A DNA stretch of 32,000 nucleotides. It comes from Candidatus Saccharimonadota bacterium (lineage in GTDB: Bacteria; Patescibacteriota; Microgenomatia; UBA1406; GWC2-37-13). The position numbers were made by a program, and so were the translations under genes. Below the pieces are notes generated by a model that was given only the letters and a program-made list of their open reading frames with translations, was not told the origin of the DNA and searched no databases. Shown here piece after piece: positions 8,695 to 17,102 of this stretch (position 1 is the first letter of the stretch; each line of letters opens with the position of its first letter). Location of the stretch: positions 480,001 through 512,000 of the forward strand of contig CP065004.1 of assembly GCA_016700135.1 (NCBI GenBank), read 5' to 3'.

Positions 8695-9977
8695 TCTTCC
8701 AAAATCTTTTTTGTCTCAATTTTGTAGAGTTCAACATGAGGCTGATCAAAGGTGTTTACATCCATCAGATGTCCGAGATACATTATTTCTATCATTTTAA
8801 ACTGCATAAATTCACCCAATGACTCTTCATCCGTCTTCTCAAAACCGATTTCCATGAACGGCAAACCCTGGTTTTTATATGCAATTTTGGTACCCTGTAC
8901 GATTGCATTCATGATTGAATGAATCTTTTTTCCCTTTATAACGGGAACAAGATTGTATTGTAGATTTTCCGCTACGGCTAAGTTTGTGAGCTGCTCCCTT
9001 GAGTATATAAAGGTTGTAATTTTATCTTTAGGCCCGCCAAGGTACAGCTGTCCGACCGAGTGCAAATCGGTTGAACCGACAGAGACTGTCGGAGTTATCC
9101 CCTTTCCGTCTTTTCCTACACTCTCCCCCATAAGCTGACGGTACCATTTTCCCAATGATTCAAGCTGCGGAAGGAACGTAAAATTGTCATTAATATTTTT
9201 GCCTTGCTCTGACAATAAATAGAGGATTGAAGCCGAAATCATAGCAGGATTATCTTCTGTAAAAGCTCTTTTCCCGCATATATCCCGCATATTTGCCGCA
9301 CCTCTTCGTAATTTCACAATATCAAATCCCGCCAGAGCGAGAGGGAAGAGTCCAACGGCAGAGAGGACGGAAAAGCGTCCTCCCACCTGTTTGGGCATGA
9401 GGATTGCATCAAAGCCGAGTTCCGTGGCTTTTTTGTGCATATTCGAACCTTCATCCGTTGTAAAAACAATCCGATCGGTAATGTCTGAAAATTTCTGAGA
9501 TAGAGAAGAGGAGAGGACTTCGAGATTGGTCATTGTTTCCGTCGTACCGCCAGATTTACTGATTGCGTTGATGAGAAATTCCTCCGTTGAGGAGCATGAA
9601 GAGAGGAGTGGAACAACTTTTGAAAGAACGTTTTCATCCTGAGTGTCAAGGAAGATCATTTTTGGGAAGCGGGCCGGTTCGAATAAATCATAGTATCCGT
9701 GGATTGCATCGTAAATTGCCTTTGTGCCGAGATTTGAACCTCCGATACCGATTACGACAATGTATTTCAAGGTGACGGTTTTCTTTTTCTCGACAAGATT
9801 TTGTACGGTATTTAATAATGTTTCATCGGTTGAAAGGTTTACGGAGCTTTCCGCTGCTTCATACGTTCCCGATTGTATTACCGACTTAAGCTTATCTTTA
9901 TATTCGTCGAGTTTTGGAGATGTTTCCCTTATTTGTTCATCGGAGAGTCCTGTTGAATTTTTGTATTGAAAGTACAT
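8691..9977 (-). CDS. pgi: Glucose-6-phosphate isomerase (short bacterial/archaeal-type PGI)
   Basis: 428 aa. IGIGGSNLG, ISKSGGTTET, GGRFSVLSAVGL and GVNTFDQPHVE-like motifs. Confidence 0.9.
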   Translation of the reverse strand: MYFQYKNSTGLSDEQIRETSPKLDEYKDKLKSVIQSGTYEAAESSVNLSTDETLLNTVQNLVEKKKTVTLKYIVVIGIGGSNLGTKAIYDAIHGYYDLFEPARFPKMIFLDTQDENVLSKVVPLLSSCSSTEEFLINAISKSGGTTETMTNLEVLSSSLSQKFSDITDRIVFTTDEGSNMHKKATELGFDAILMPKQVGGRFSVLSAVGLFPLALAGFDIVKLRRGAANMRDICGKRAFTEDNPAMISASILYLLSEQGKNINDNFTFLPQLESLGKWYRQLMGESVGKDGKGITPTVSVGSTDLHSVGQLYLGGPKDKITTFIYSREQLTNLAVAENLQYNLVPVIKGKKIHSIMNAIVQGTKIAYKNQGLPFMEIGFEKTDEESLGEFMQFKMIEIMYLGHLMDVNTFDQPHVELYKIETKKILEE

Positions 9978-10009
9978 AGTGACGGAACGTAAAAAAATTT
10001 ATTAACTGT

Positions 10010-11086
10010 CTACGCGAATGTCTGTATTACAACTGATTTTTCAGTGTTTGTCTCAATATCATATTTCTCACATGTTGAAGGAATAAAGCAGGAGTGTCCT
10101 CGTGTGATCCGTATTGTTGTCCCTCCGGCTGAAACGTGAATATCACCGTCTCGGACATACAAATGATGGAATCTGCCGTCTGTTGATTGCTGTCTTTTTT
10201 CTGAGATTTCAAGCAAATTGACAGAGTAGAAGCGGGTTTTCAGCAATTTTTCCCCGTCTGCCGTTCGTTTTAAATACTCAAGCTTATTATGCCCGGGATC
10301 GCGATCCAAATGCTCAAAATAATCTTCAATATTCAGCGTTCTGATAGTGCCGTCGTCTTTTATTTTGCCCTGGTCAAAGCTGCGGATTGTTGCGGCATCA
10401 TCGCTGGCATCAAGCTGCACCTCAAAAACAATGTTGCCGAGCGGTGCTTTTTCCCTATTTTCTTCCCATGAATGATGAATTGCACCCATTGACAGATCTA
10501 TCAGATCATTTTTCCGGGTAGGATAGAGATTGACAAACTGCCAGGGATTTTTTTCTTTAATATATTCGTTTGCCTGCTTTCTGGCTTCATCCAAAGTAAT
10601 CTCCTGGCTTAAAATTTTTCCGCTGAGATCCTGCATATAGCGATAGATATCAATACATGTTTTTCTATATTCATCAACGGAAATGTCATTTTTTATCCCG
10701 AGGGAAATGAATCCGTTCTCGAGAAAATACCATGACTCCGGTTTCGGAAGCCATCGGTCACTTTTCTCCTCGGGTCGGATATGAAGCTGAAAAGAATTGC
10801 CTAATGCCTGATTCAGTTTGATAAGAAGCGGCATTGTCTCACCGTCTGCAAGAACCTCCTGAATCGGGATTTTGTTTATATTATACGTATTCGGCCCGAA
10901 CTGCGGATCCGAAGAATCAAAAATATCAACTGCCAAATAAGATTTTCCCCAGAGTTCATGACTCTGTCCGATTTTGATATTTTGAAACTCCGGTCTGTTT
11001 TGCCAGTTTTTCAGTTCAAGAATATAATGACCGCCCCAAGTGGGTTGTTCAATGAGGTCGGGAATGATAAGGTAAGGTCTCGTCAT
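10010..11086 (-). CDS. Class I mannose-6-phosphate isomerase-like cupin protein
   Basis: 358 aa. Collinear with type I PMI landmarks: PTWGG near the N-terminus, LLIKL....SFQLH.RPE (cf. S.QVHP), ESWYF (cf. E.WY) and GAIHH (cf. G..HA), with a C-terminal cupin strand pattern. Adjacent to pgi. Confidence 0.6.
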   Translation of the reverse strand: MTRPYLIIPDLIEQPTWGGHYILELKNWQNRPEFQNIKIGQSHELWGKSYLAVDIFDSSDPQFGPNTYNINKIPIQEVLADGETMPLLIKLNQALGNSFQLHIRPEEKSDRWLPKPESWYFLENGFISLGIKNDISVDEYRKTCIDIYRYMQDLSGKILSQEITLDEARKQANEYIKEKNPWQFVNLYPTRKNDLIDLSMGAIHHSWEENREKAPLGNIVFEVQLDASDDAATIRSFDQGKIKDDGTIRTLNIEDYFEHLDRDPGHNKLEYLKRTADGEKLLKTRFYSVNLLEISEKRQQSTDGRFHHLYVRDGDIHVSAGGTTIRITRGHSCFIPSTCEKYDIETNTEKSVVIQTFA

Positions 11087-11154
11087 ATGTTATGCAATTT
11101 ACGCCTACATCATAGCGGATTTTAGCCGGGTATTCAATTGAAGTTGCCCTTAGC

Positions 11155-11170
11155 ATGCGGTATATTTAAT
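11155..11170 (+). repeat. Recurrent motif core, copy E (ATGCGGTATATTTAAT)
   Basis: Core TGCGGTA+AT-rich, as in copies C' and D. Lies just upstream of ATG 11177. Confidence 0.3.
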
Positions 11171-11176
11171 GATGTA

Positions 11177-12547
11177 ATGAGAAAACGCTTAATCGGTTCT
11201 CGTGGAGAAATTTCTACAATCGTCGTTGTCGGTCTTTTGGTACTTCTTGGTGCGGTAGCTCTTGTGACAACTACATTAAACCGGAACGTGCAGGATCCCC
11301 GTTCGGAAGCTTCCGAGAGCTGCAATTTTGACTCGGGACAGGCGCTCTCACTGGGTAGTACCGAGACGAATGCCTCAAATATGGAGAATCGGTGGCCGAT
11401 CAGCGCTCATCCTCATGAGTACGATGTCCTCGGACCGGGGTATTATGTCCTAAAACCCAATACAAATCAGGATGTTTTGAATCTCACAAAGCAGGATGGA
11501 GGAGCGGTTGACTCCAAAATGAACGGGTTTATGGGTTCGATGTTCGGATACAAACCGACAAAATTGACGGCAGCACATGATGTTTCATACGGAGGAAGTG
11601 TCCCTCAAGGGAATGATACTGCCATAAAAGGAGATGCTCCAGTTCTGGAAATTCCGACAGAAGCAGGGAACACTGCGGTAAAAGTTCCTTCGACGGGATA
11701 CGACATCGGCGGCGGATATGAAGCGATGGTTGTTTTTGCCACAGCTGACAGAGTAACTATCCATATAGGAAGACATGAATATTTTGTAGGGAGCGGACAG
11801 AACAATTGTAATGGTGGGACCTGCAGCGGCGGTTATTGGATTTATGTAAAGGGTATTTGTGTTGATAAGCAGATTCAGCAGGCGTATAACAATGTCAAAG
11901 CGGCACAGCAAAGCGCCGGAGCCGATAAAAATCCTATACAGTTGCCGATGGTGAGGCCGGGACAGATACTCGGTAAGGCAACGGGCACAAGTGTTATTGT
12001 CGGGGTTCGCGATAACGGTCCGTTTATAACAACCTCAAAGCCCGTTTACTGGGAAGGTGTTCCTTCAAAGGATGTTCAGCCGACTACTGCTCAAACAACA
12101 ACTCCTCAGCCGACTACTGTCCAACCCACAGCAGTCACAGCTTCTCCGACACCAACACCAGTTTCATGTCGACCAGGACAGACAAAATGTCCCGGAACAA
12201 ATATCTGCGTCGACTTTCAGGATCAATGTCAGACGCCGACGCCCACTCCGCCTTCGGGTCAGTGTGCGAGTCCGGAGGTTTGGTGTACTTCCCTGAATAG
12301 GTGTACGGGGAGAACGGCTTGTCCGACAGCGACGCCTACTCCGTCTTCGGGCCAGTGTGCGAGTCCGGAGGTTTGGTGTACCTCCCTGAACAGATGTACA
12401 GGAAGAACAAGTTGCCCGACTCCAACAACGGCAGTTACCCCGGTACAGTCCTATGGGACGTTCCGGACCACGTCAGGAGCCGATACAGCCGGCGAGTTGA
12501 TTCAAACACCTGACGGAAGATTCGCAATTATTATTCAGCAGCTATGA
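11177..12547 (+). CDS. Secreted/anchored protein with a PT-rich linker and a duplicated four-Cys module
   Basis: The track ORF starts at TTG 11138. ATG 11177 gives MRKRLIGSRGEISTIVVVGLLVLLGAVALV (a signal anchor). The central domain ends LPMVRPGQILGKATGTSVIVGVRDNGPF, reminiscent of RlpA-type double-psi beta-barrel proteins (weak call). The C-terminus is PT-rich with two 31-aa Cys modules. Confidence 0.6.
   Translation: MRKRLIGSRGEISTIVVVGLLVLLGAVALVTTTLNRNVQDPRSEASESCNFDSGQALSLGSTETNASNMENRWPISAHPHEYDVLGPGYYVLKPNTNQDVLNLTKQDGGAVDSKMNGFMGSMFGYKPTKLTAAHDVSYGGSVPQGNDTAIKGDAPVLEIPTEAGNTAVKVPSTGYDIGGGYEAMVVFATADRVTIHIGRHEYFVGSGQNNCNGGTCSGGYWIYVKGICVDKQIQQAYNNVKAAQQSAGADKNPIQLPMVRPGQILGKATGTSVIVGVRDNGPFITTSKPVYWEGVPSKDVQPTTAQTTTPQPTTVQPTAVTASPTPTPVSCRPGQTKCPGTNICVDFQDQCQTPTPTPPSGQCASPEVWCTSLNRCTGRTACPTATPTPSSGQCASPEVWCTSLNRCTGRTSCPTPTTAVTPVQSYGTFRTTSGADTAGELIQTPDGRFAIIIQQL
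12239..12424 (+). repeat. Tandem 93-bp in-frame duplication (2 x 31 aa: TPTP.SGQCASPEVWCTSLNRCTGRT.CPT.)
   Basis: Copy 1 spans 12239-12331 and copy 2 spans 12332-12424. The cores are near-identical (cagtgtgcgagtccggaggtttggtgtac.tccctgaa). Confidence 0.85.
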
Positions 12548-12942
12548 AAAAACCGAAACGATTATATCAGCGATTAGGAATGGGAATGGCATTAGTGCTG
12601 TCTTTCGCAATTGTGGTCGGTATAACCCCCAGAATCTTTTTAGCAGGTTCTCCAGAGCTTAACCCGAATTTCCTGACAGACTTAGGCGCTCTTCCCGGTG
12701 ATTTTGTGGCTATGTTCAGAGGAGAATCATCCTCAAAAGAGGAACAGATGACTGCAGAAATCCCAAGAGTAGTGCATCCCGCCGGTCTCGATTACGAGCC
12801 GGTTGCCAAAGGCGTATATGCGTCAGAAGCGGATCAGTCAGGAAAACGATATATCAGGATTGAAGAGGGTACAAAACTGGAAAAAAAGATTGTTACGCTC
12901 GACGACGGGCGGACGGTTGAAGTATATGTCCCGTTGGAATAA
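12544..12942 (+). CDS. Hypothetical membrane-anchored protein
   Basis: 132 aa with an N-terminal TM helix (LGMGMALVLSFAIVVGI). Its ATG overlaps the upstream stop (ATGA at 12544-12547), which suggests translational coupling. Confidence 0.55.
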   Translation: MKKPKRLYQRLGMGMALVLSFAIVVGITPRIFLAGSPELNPNFLTDLGALPGDFVAMFRGESSSKEEQMTAEIPRVVHPAGLDYEPVAKGVYASEADQSGKRYIRIEEGTKLEKKIVTLDDGRTVEVYVPLE

Positions 12943-12986
12943 TTTCTGTTGTGAAAAATTTATAAGTTATATAGAATGAAATATAT

Positions 12987-13283
12987 ATGTATTTCGGACC
13001 GTTTTTCTTTGATACAAAAGAAATATTTCTTATTGTCGCCAGTTTCCTAATCGGGTTTGCTCTTCTTTTCGGCTGGGAAATCTGGTGGTTTGACAAGCAG
13101 GTTCTTTTGACGATGGTTATTCTTATGCTTATTACCAAAGGATTGCTTCCGGCAATCCACAACGAAGCATTTTTTATACTGGCTGTTATCTCAATTTTTC
13201 TGACATTATATCTCCCGGTATTTCAGGTTATTATCTTCTATTTCTTAAGCTTTTTGCTGTTCCGTCTCCTCAAGGTCATTTGA
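12987..13283 (+). CDS. Small integral membrane protein (about 3 TM)
   Basis: 98 aa, almost entirely hydrophobic. No recognisable family. Confidence 0.45.
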   Translation: MYFGPFFFDTKEIFLIVASFLIGFALLFGWEIWWFDKQVLLTMVILMLITKGLLPAIHNEAFFILAVISIFLTLYLPVFQVIIFYFLSFLLFRLLKVI

Positions 13284-13313
13284 TGCCTGAAAATAGTGTA
13301 TAATCAGTACAGC

Positions 13314-14306
13314 ATGAAACAAACAATCCTCGTGTATGCTCGGGCGCTTCGTGTCAATCAATGGATCAAAAATTTCATAATTTTTGCGGCAATTTTATTT
13401 GCGGGAGAGCTTTTTGATTTAGAACTTCTTTCCAAAACAATCGGAGCTTTCTTTATTTTCTGTTTGTTGTCGTCTACGTCATATGTCCTGAACGACATTA
13501 TTGATTACCAGTACGACAAGAAACACCCGACAAAAAAACATCGCCCTATTGCTTCAGGTCTTATCTCAATCCCTCAGGCGACTTTTATCGTATTCATTCT
13601 GACACTTGTTTCGCTTCTAATATCTCTCGCATATTCTCTCAATTTCTTTTTTCTGTCGCTCTTCTTCCTTCTTCTTCATTTTTACTATTCTCTATACCTG
13701 AAGCGGTATCCGGTAGTTGATATTTTTACGATTTCCTTGTCTTTTGTCCTCAGAACCCTTGCCGGCGTGGTCGCAACCGGGTATCACGTCCCGATATGGC
13801 TTCTTATGACAGTCTTTTTCATCTCTCTTTTTATGGCATCTGTCAAACGGCATGCCGAGCTTGTCACTCACGGAAGCGATACAAGGGAATCTTTGTATCG
13901 GTACAAAAATCATATGCTGTACTTTCTCTCAACGACTTTTGCGACACTGACGATCGTATCATATGCTTTATATACCTATACGCTGTATATTGATCCGTCG
14001 CAGCAAAGTACGTATAGCGGATCATCAATCTGTGAACAGCTGTATCAAAAACCGAAAGATATCCAAAACTGCGAAAAGCAAAATCTTATCACGAATATTT
14101 CCGAATACTTTCCGAATCTTGAAGCAAGGAAACTGATGATGTTGACGATCCCGTTTGTCGTATACGGAATCTCACGATATGCTCAGCTTCTGTATGAAAA
14201 AGAAGAAGGAGAAAGACCTGAAAAAATCATTACGACAGATAAACCGCTGCTCATCACAATCTTCCTGTGGGGATTTATGATATTTCTTCTTATTTACGTA
14301 TTCTAG
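13314..14306 (+). CDS. UbiA-superfamily prenyltransferase, decaprenyl-phosphate phosphoribosyltransferase-like
   Basis: Polytopic. First Asp-rich motif NDIIDYQYDKKHPTKKHRPIASG. ATG 13314 is preferred over GTG 13296 because a TATAAT at 13299-13304 lies inside the extension. There is a hydrophilic insertion (YIDPSQQSTYSGSSICEQLYQKPKDIQNCEKQ). Confidence 0.8.
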   Translation: MKQTILVYARALRVNQWIKNFIIFAAILFAGELFDLELLSKTIGAFFIFCLLSSTSYVLNDIIDYQYDKKHPTKKHRPIASGLISIPQATFIVFILTLVSLLISLAYSLNFFFLSLFFLLLHFYYSLYLKRYPVVDIFTISLSFVLRTLAGVVATGYHVPIWLLMTVFFISLFMASVKRHAELVTHGSDTRESLYRYKNHMLYFLSTTFATLTIVSYALYTYTLYIDPSQQSTYSGSSICEQLYQKPKDIQNCEKQNLITNISEYFPNLEARKLMMLTIPFVVYGISRYAQLLYEKEEGERPEKIITTDKPLLITIFLWGFMIFLLIYVF

Positions 14307-15259
14307 TAGGCATTGCAGGTAATATATCCTTTGTAGTACATGCCGACAGTTCCGGTGTGTGTGGTTATTCCCCCTCCATTTTCATGATAGTAAGTGAATG
14401 TCTTACATTCTTTATTTCCTATTTGCCATTTATCAATAAAAATATTCCGATCACCCGTTGAGCCGTTTATCCCTCCCGAGCAGCCCGGGCACCAGTCATT
14501 GGTAAAACGGACACGAATATCGTCAGTAAGAGGTGTGTCTTTGGGAAGAACGGCGTAATAAGATCCGTTATCTTTTGTCGTATACGTTTTTAATAGTTTT
14601 CCATTGTGATAGAACTCCATAATCGGATATACTTGACCGCCTGGTTCGGTGGTTGCCGAAGCACGAGCTGATATTGTGACCTGATCGGCTCGGCTGAATC
14701 CCGGGATCCGGAGGATATCGCTTCCGATAATATTTACAATCAATACAACCCCGAATGTGAAAATGAGACCGATGATGGCACTGGTGATCATCCGTTTGCC
14801 TTGTGCGATTTTGAAACGGTCTCCCTGTGCCGTTACCAAGAGGAAGGCTCCGTAAATAATTACTCCGAAGGCAAGGACACCTACTGCAGGAAAAATAAGA
14901 TTATTCAGCAAAAAATTAAGTACCCCTCCGCCGGCACTTGCATCAGTAAAAGAACTGATGTCGGTGCCCAGACAGCCGATTTGAGTGAAGTACTTCCCGG
15001 CAGCCGGGACAGGCGGTTTGTTGTAATTGGCTGCAGCTTTATCCTCATTGATTTTTAGTGTCTCATTGGCTGTGGGATCAGTGGTAATTGCATATTGAGC
15101 AGGGTATAAACACTGCGCACAATCCGCCCAGTTTTCAGGAGGAGTTCTGCCGTTACAGTAACCGCAGGCATCACATTCGGCGATCCTTTGAGCGGATACA
15201 TCGTTTGCCGGGAAAAACAAAATACTGAATACGGCTAAAAATAACAGGAGCTTTTTCAT
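14303..15259 (-). CDS. T4SS-type (TrbC/VirB2-like) pilin with a Cys-rich N-region and a ~125-aa C-terminal beta-rich extension
   Basis: Signal peptide MKKLLLFLAVFSILFFPANDVSAQ. The two-TM pilin core VLNFLLNNLIFPAVGVLAFGVIIYGAFLLVTAQGDRFKIAQGKRMITSAIIGLIFTFGVVLIVNII matches the pattern of CPR T4SS_pilin proteins. The extension (nt 14306-14692) carries a CBM-like F.ND...DRN.F.D motif. Confidence 0.6.
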   Translation of the reverse strand: MKKLLLFLAVFSILFFPANDVSAQRIAECDACGYCNGRTPPENWADCAQCLYPAQYAITTDPTANETLKINEDKAAANYNKPPVPAAGKYFTQIGCLGTDISSFTDASAGGGVLNFLLNNLIFPAVGVLAFGVIIYGAFLLVTAQGDRFKIAQGKRMITSAIIGLIFTFGVVLIVNIIGSDILRIPGFSRADQVTISARASATTEPGGQVYPIMEFYHNGKLLKTYTTKDNGSYYAVLPKDTPLTDDIRVRFTNDWCPGCSGGINGSTGDRNIFIDKWQIGNKECKTFTYYHENGGGITTHTGTVGMYYKGYITCNAY

Positions 15260-15333
15260 ACAATTTACAGTATATCCTATTCCTCCGTATGTGGCTTAGA
15301 TTTTCCAAATCCTAATAAGTTATAATGATAGAT

Positions 15334-17046
15334 ATGAAACGCGTTTTTCTGTCAATTCTGCTGGCTTCAACTCTGGTCCTGACATCGGCGGGATACGGTT
15401 TGGTGCGTGCCGACGAGCTGGAAGACATCAATAAAAAGCTGGATGAATTGCAGAAATCTCTGGACTCATCACAAAAAGCAACGGCTACAAACGAACAACA
15501 GCTTGCAAGTCTGAATCAGCAACTCAACAATATCAAAGCACAGGTTACGAAGATCGAAAATGATATTGTGCAAAAGGAAGAAGATATCAAAGTCGGCGAG
15601 GAAAAACTGGCGGCACAAAAAGAATTACTGGACCAGCGGGTGGCTTCTTTTTACAAGCAAAAGGGGCGTTCAAAAGACGCACTTCTTGAAATTCTCATTT
15701 CGGATAGTTTTACTGAGTTTTTAAAACAGTTCACTTACCAGCAAAATCTTCTTGATGATGACCGTAAAGCAATAGTCCGCGTGGTTCTTCTTGTTAAAGA
15801 TATTGAGGAAAAGAAAGAAACACTTGAGAGTGAAAAGGAACGCCTTATTCCGATAAAGCAGGCCATTGATGAGCAGTCGGAGTTTTTGGAAGGTGAAGTG
15901 ATCAGTGCAAAGAAATTCCAGGAGGGTTTGAAAAGTGAGATAGCGGCACTTTCTGCCAGACAGCAGGAAATCATAAATGCCCGTAGCGGAGGGTTTACTG
16001 TAAATATCGGTTCGGGAGCTTTTGCATCAGGAGGAGTATCATCTCGTGCAGAATTTATTGCCTCAGCACCAGGGGGATATTTTGCCGTCTTTTCGTTCGG
16101 GGCCTATACACACAGAGATGGTATGAGTCAATATGGAGCTTTGGGAAGAGTTAAACAAGGTCAAAATGCAGAACAAATACTCCAATATTATTACCCAGGG
16201 GTGCAGATATCTAAAGTTGACACAAATCAAAGTATTAGCGTAAACGGAACGAATACATATGGACAAACTTTTAATAATGAATCTTTCCAATTAGAAGATT
16301 ATTTAAAGCATATTTATGAAATGCCAGGCTCATGGCCAAAAGAAGTATTAAAAGCACAAGCCATAGCTGCACGTAGTTATGCATATGGGAAATCTTCTAT
16401 TTGTCCAGGACAAGGTTGTCAAGAGTTTAAGCGTGAAGAAAATACTGAGGAGTGGAAAGCTGCGGTGAAGGAAACTGAAGGTATGATAATGACAGGTGGA
16501 CCTGGTAGCTTCAAGTATTCCTCAACTACAGGAGGATGGCTTAATAATACGGGTTGGGATACCAACGATGGTCAAGGTGGCTCGAATTTTATCGAAAAGT
16601 CATACGAAACTGTAGGAGGTTCACCATGGGTATACTCTGCTTGGTATGTAGATGTATTTGGAGAATATGGGGCTAAAGGAGGCACATGTGGACGTTCCAA
16701 CCCTTGGCTTTCTCCTGAAGAAATGGCAGATATTGTTAACGCTCATCTAATTCTAACAAAAGGAAATAGCGATGAGGTATCTCGTATTTCACCAATTACC
16801 ACAGAATGTTGGAGTGGTAATCCCTATAGTATAGAAGAATTGAAGAATATTGCTTCAAAGTATGGAGGAATAAGTCAAGCTAATAGTGTGTCCTTAACTC
16901 AAGGTAATGGAACAACAAACACAGTAATAATAAATGGTATTAGTATGACTGGGGCGGAATTTAAAAAAGCTTTTAGCTTAAGGGCACCTGGTTTTATTCG
17001 TATTCCTCAAAAAGGATTTGCATTCTTCAATATCGAAAAAAAATAA
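15334..17046 (+). CDS. SpoIID/LytB-domain protein with an N-terminal signal peptide and long coiled coil
   Basis: GMSQYGA and KAQAIAARSYA motifs. The N-terminal ~200 aa is heptad-rich (LDELQKSL...LNQQLNNIKAQV). Start ATG 15334 is preferred, because TATAAT 15321-15326 overlaps the track start at 15325. Confidence 0.85.
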   Translation: MKRVFLSILLASTLVLTSAGYGLVRADELEDINKKLDELQKSLDSSQKATATNEQQLASLNQQLNNIKAQVTKIENDIVQKEEDIKVGEEKLAAQKELLDQRVASFYKQKGRSKDALLEILISDSFTEFLKQFTYQQNLLDDDRKAIVRVVLLVKDIEEKKETLESEKERLIPIKQAIDEQSEFLEGEVISAKKFQEGLKSEIAALSARQQEIINARSGGFTVNIGSGAFASGGVSSRAEFIASAPGGYFAVFSFGAYTHRDGMSQYGALGRVKQGQNAEQILQYYYPGVQISKVDTNQSISVNGTNTYGQTFNNESFQLEDYLKHIYEMPGSWPKEVLKAQAIAARSYAYGKSSICPGQGCQEFKREENTEEWKAAVKETEGMIMTGGPGSFKYSSTTGGWLNNTGWDTNDGQGGSNFIEKSYETVGGSPWVYSAWYVDVFGEYGAKGGTCGRSNPWLSPEEMADIVNAHLILTKGNSDEVSRISPITTECWSGNPYSIEELKNIASKYGGISQANSVSLTQGNGTTNTVIINGISMTGAEFKKAFSLRAPGFIRIPQKGFAFFNIEKK

Positions 17047-17102
17047 ACATTCTTACATGAGTCTGACGGTTTTTTACGTTCGAGAATATATACTGCTCAT
17101 GT

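Noticed and set aside
9272-9292. Tandem TCCCGCATA-TATCCCGCATAT inside pgi, which is the reverse complement of the ATGCGGGA motif core, present twice.
   Set aside because: It lies in well-supported coding sequence (…NMRDICGKR…), on the opposite strand to all the intergenic copies, and lacks the TTAAT half. It is probably coincidental.
4086-11169. Each recurrent-motif core reads as a mini-ORF: (A/T)TG CGG followed by GAA..stop or an immediate TAA. Examples are TTG CGG GAA ATA TTG TAA at 4086, ATG CGG TAA at 8683 and ATG CGG TAT ATT TAA at 11155.
   Set aside because: They are 2-7 codons long, with no consistent peptide beyond Met-Arg and no consistent spacing to a -10 box. This is most simply a by-product of the TGCGG core next to AT-rich sequence. 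It is mentioned only so that it can be tested.
14303-14306. The convergent UbiA-like and pilin genes share their stop codons through the palindrome CTAG.
   Set aside because: It is real but trivial: a 4-nt overlap in a compact genome, with no evidence of function.
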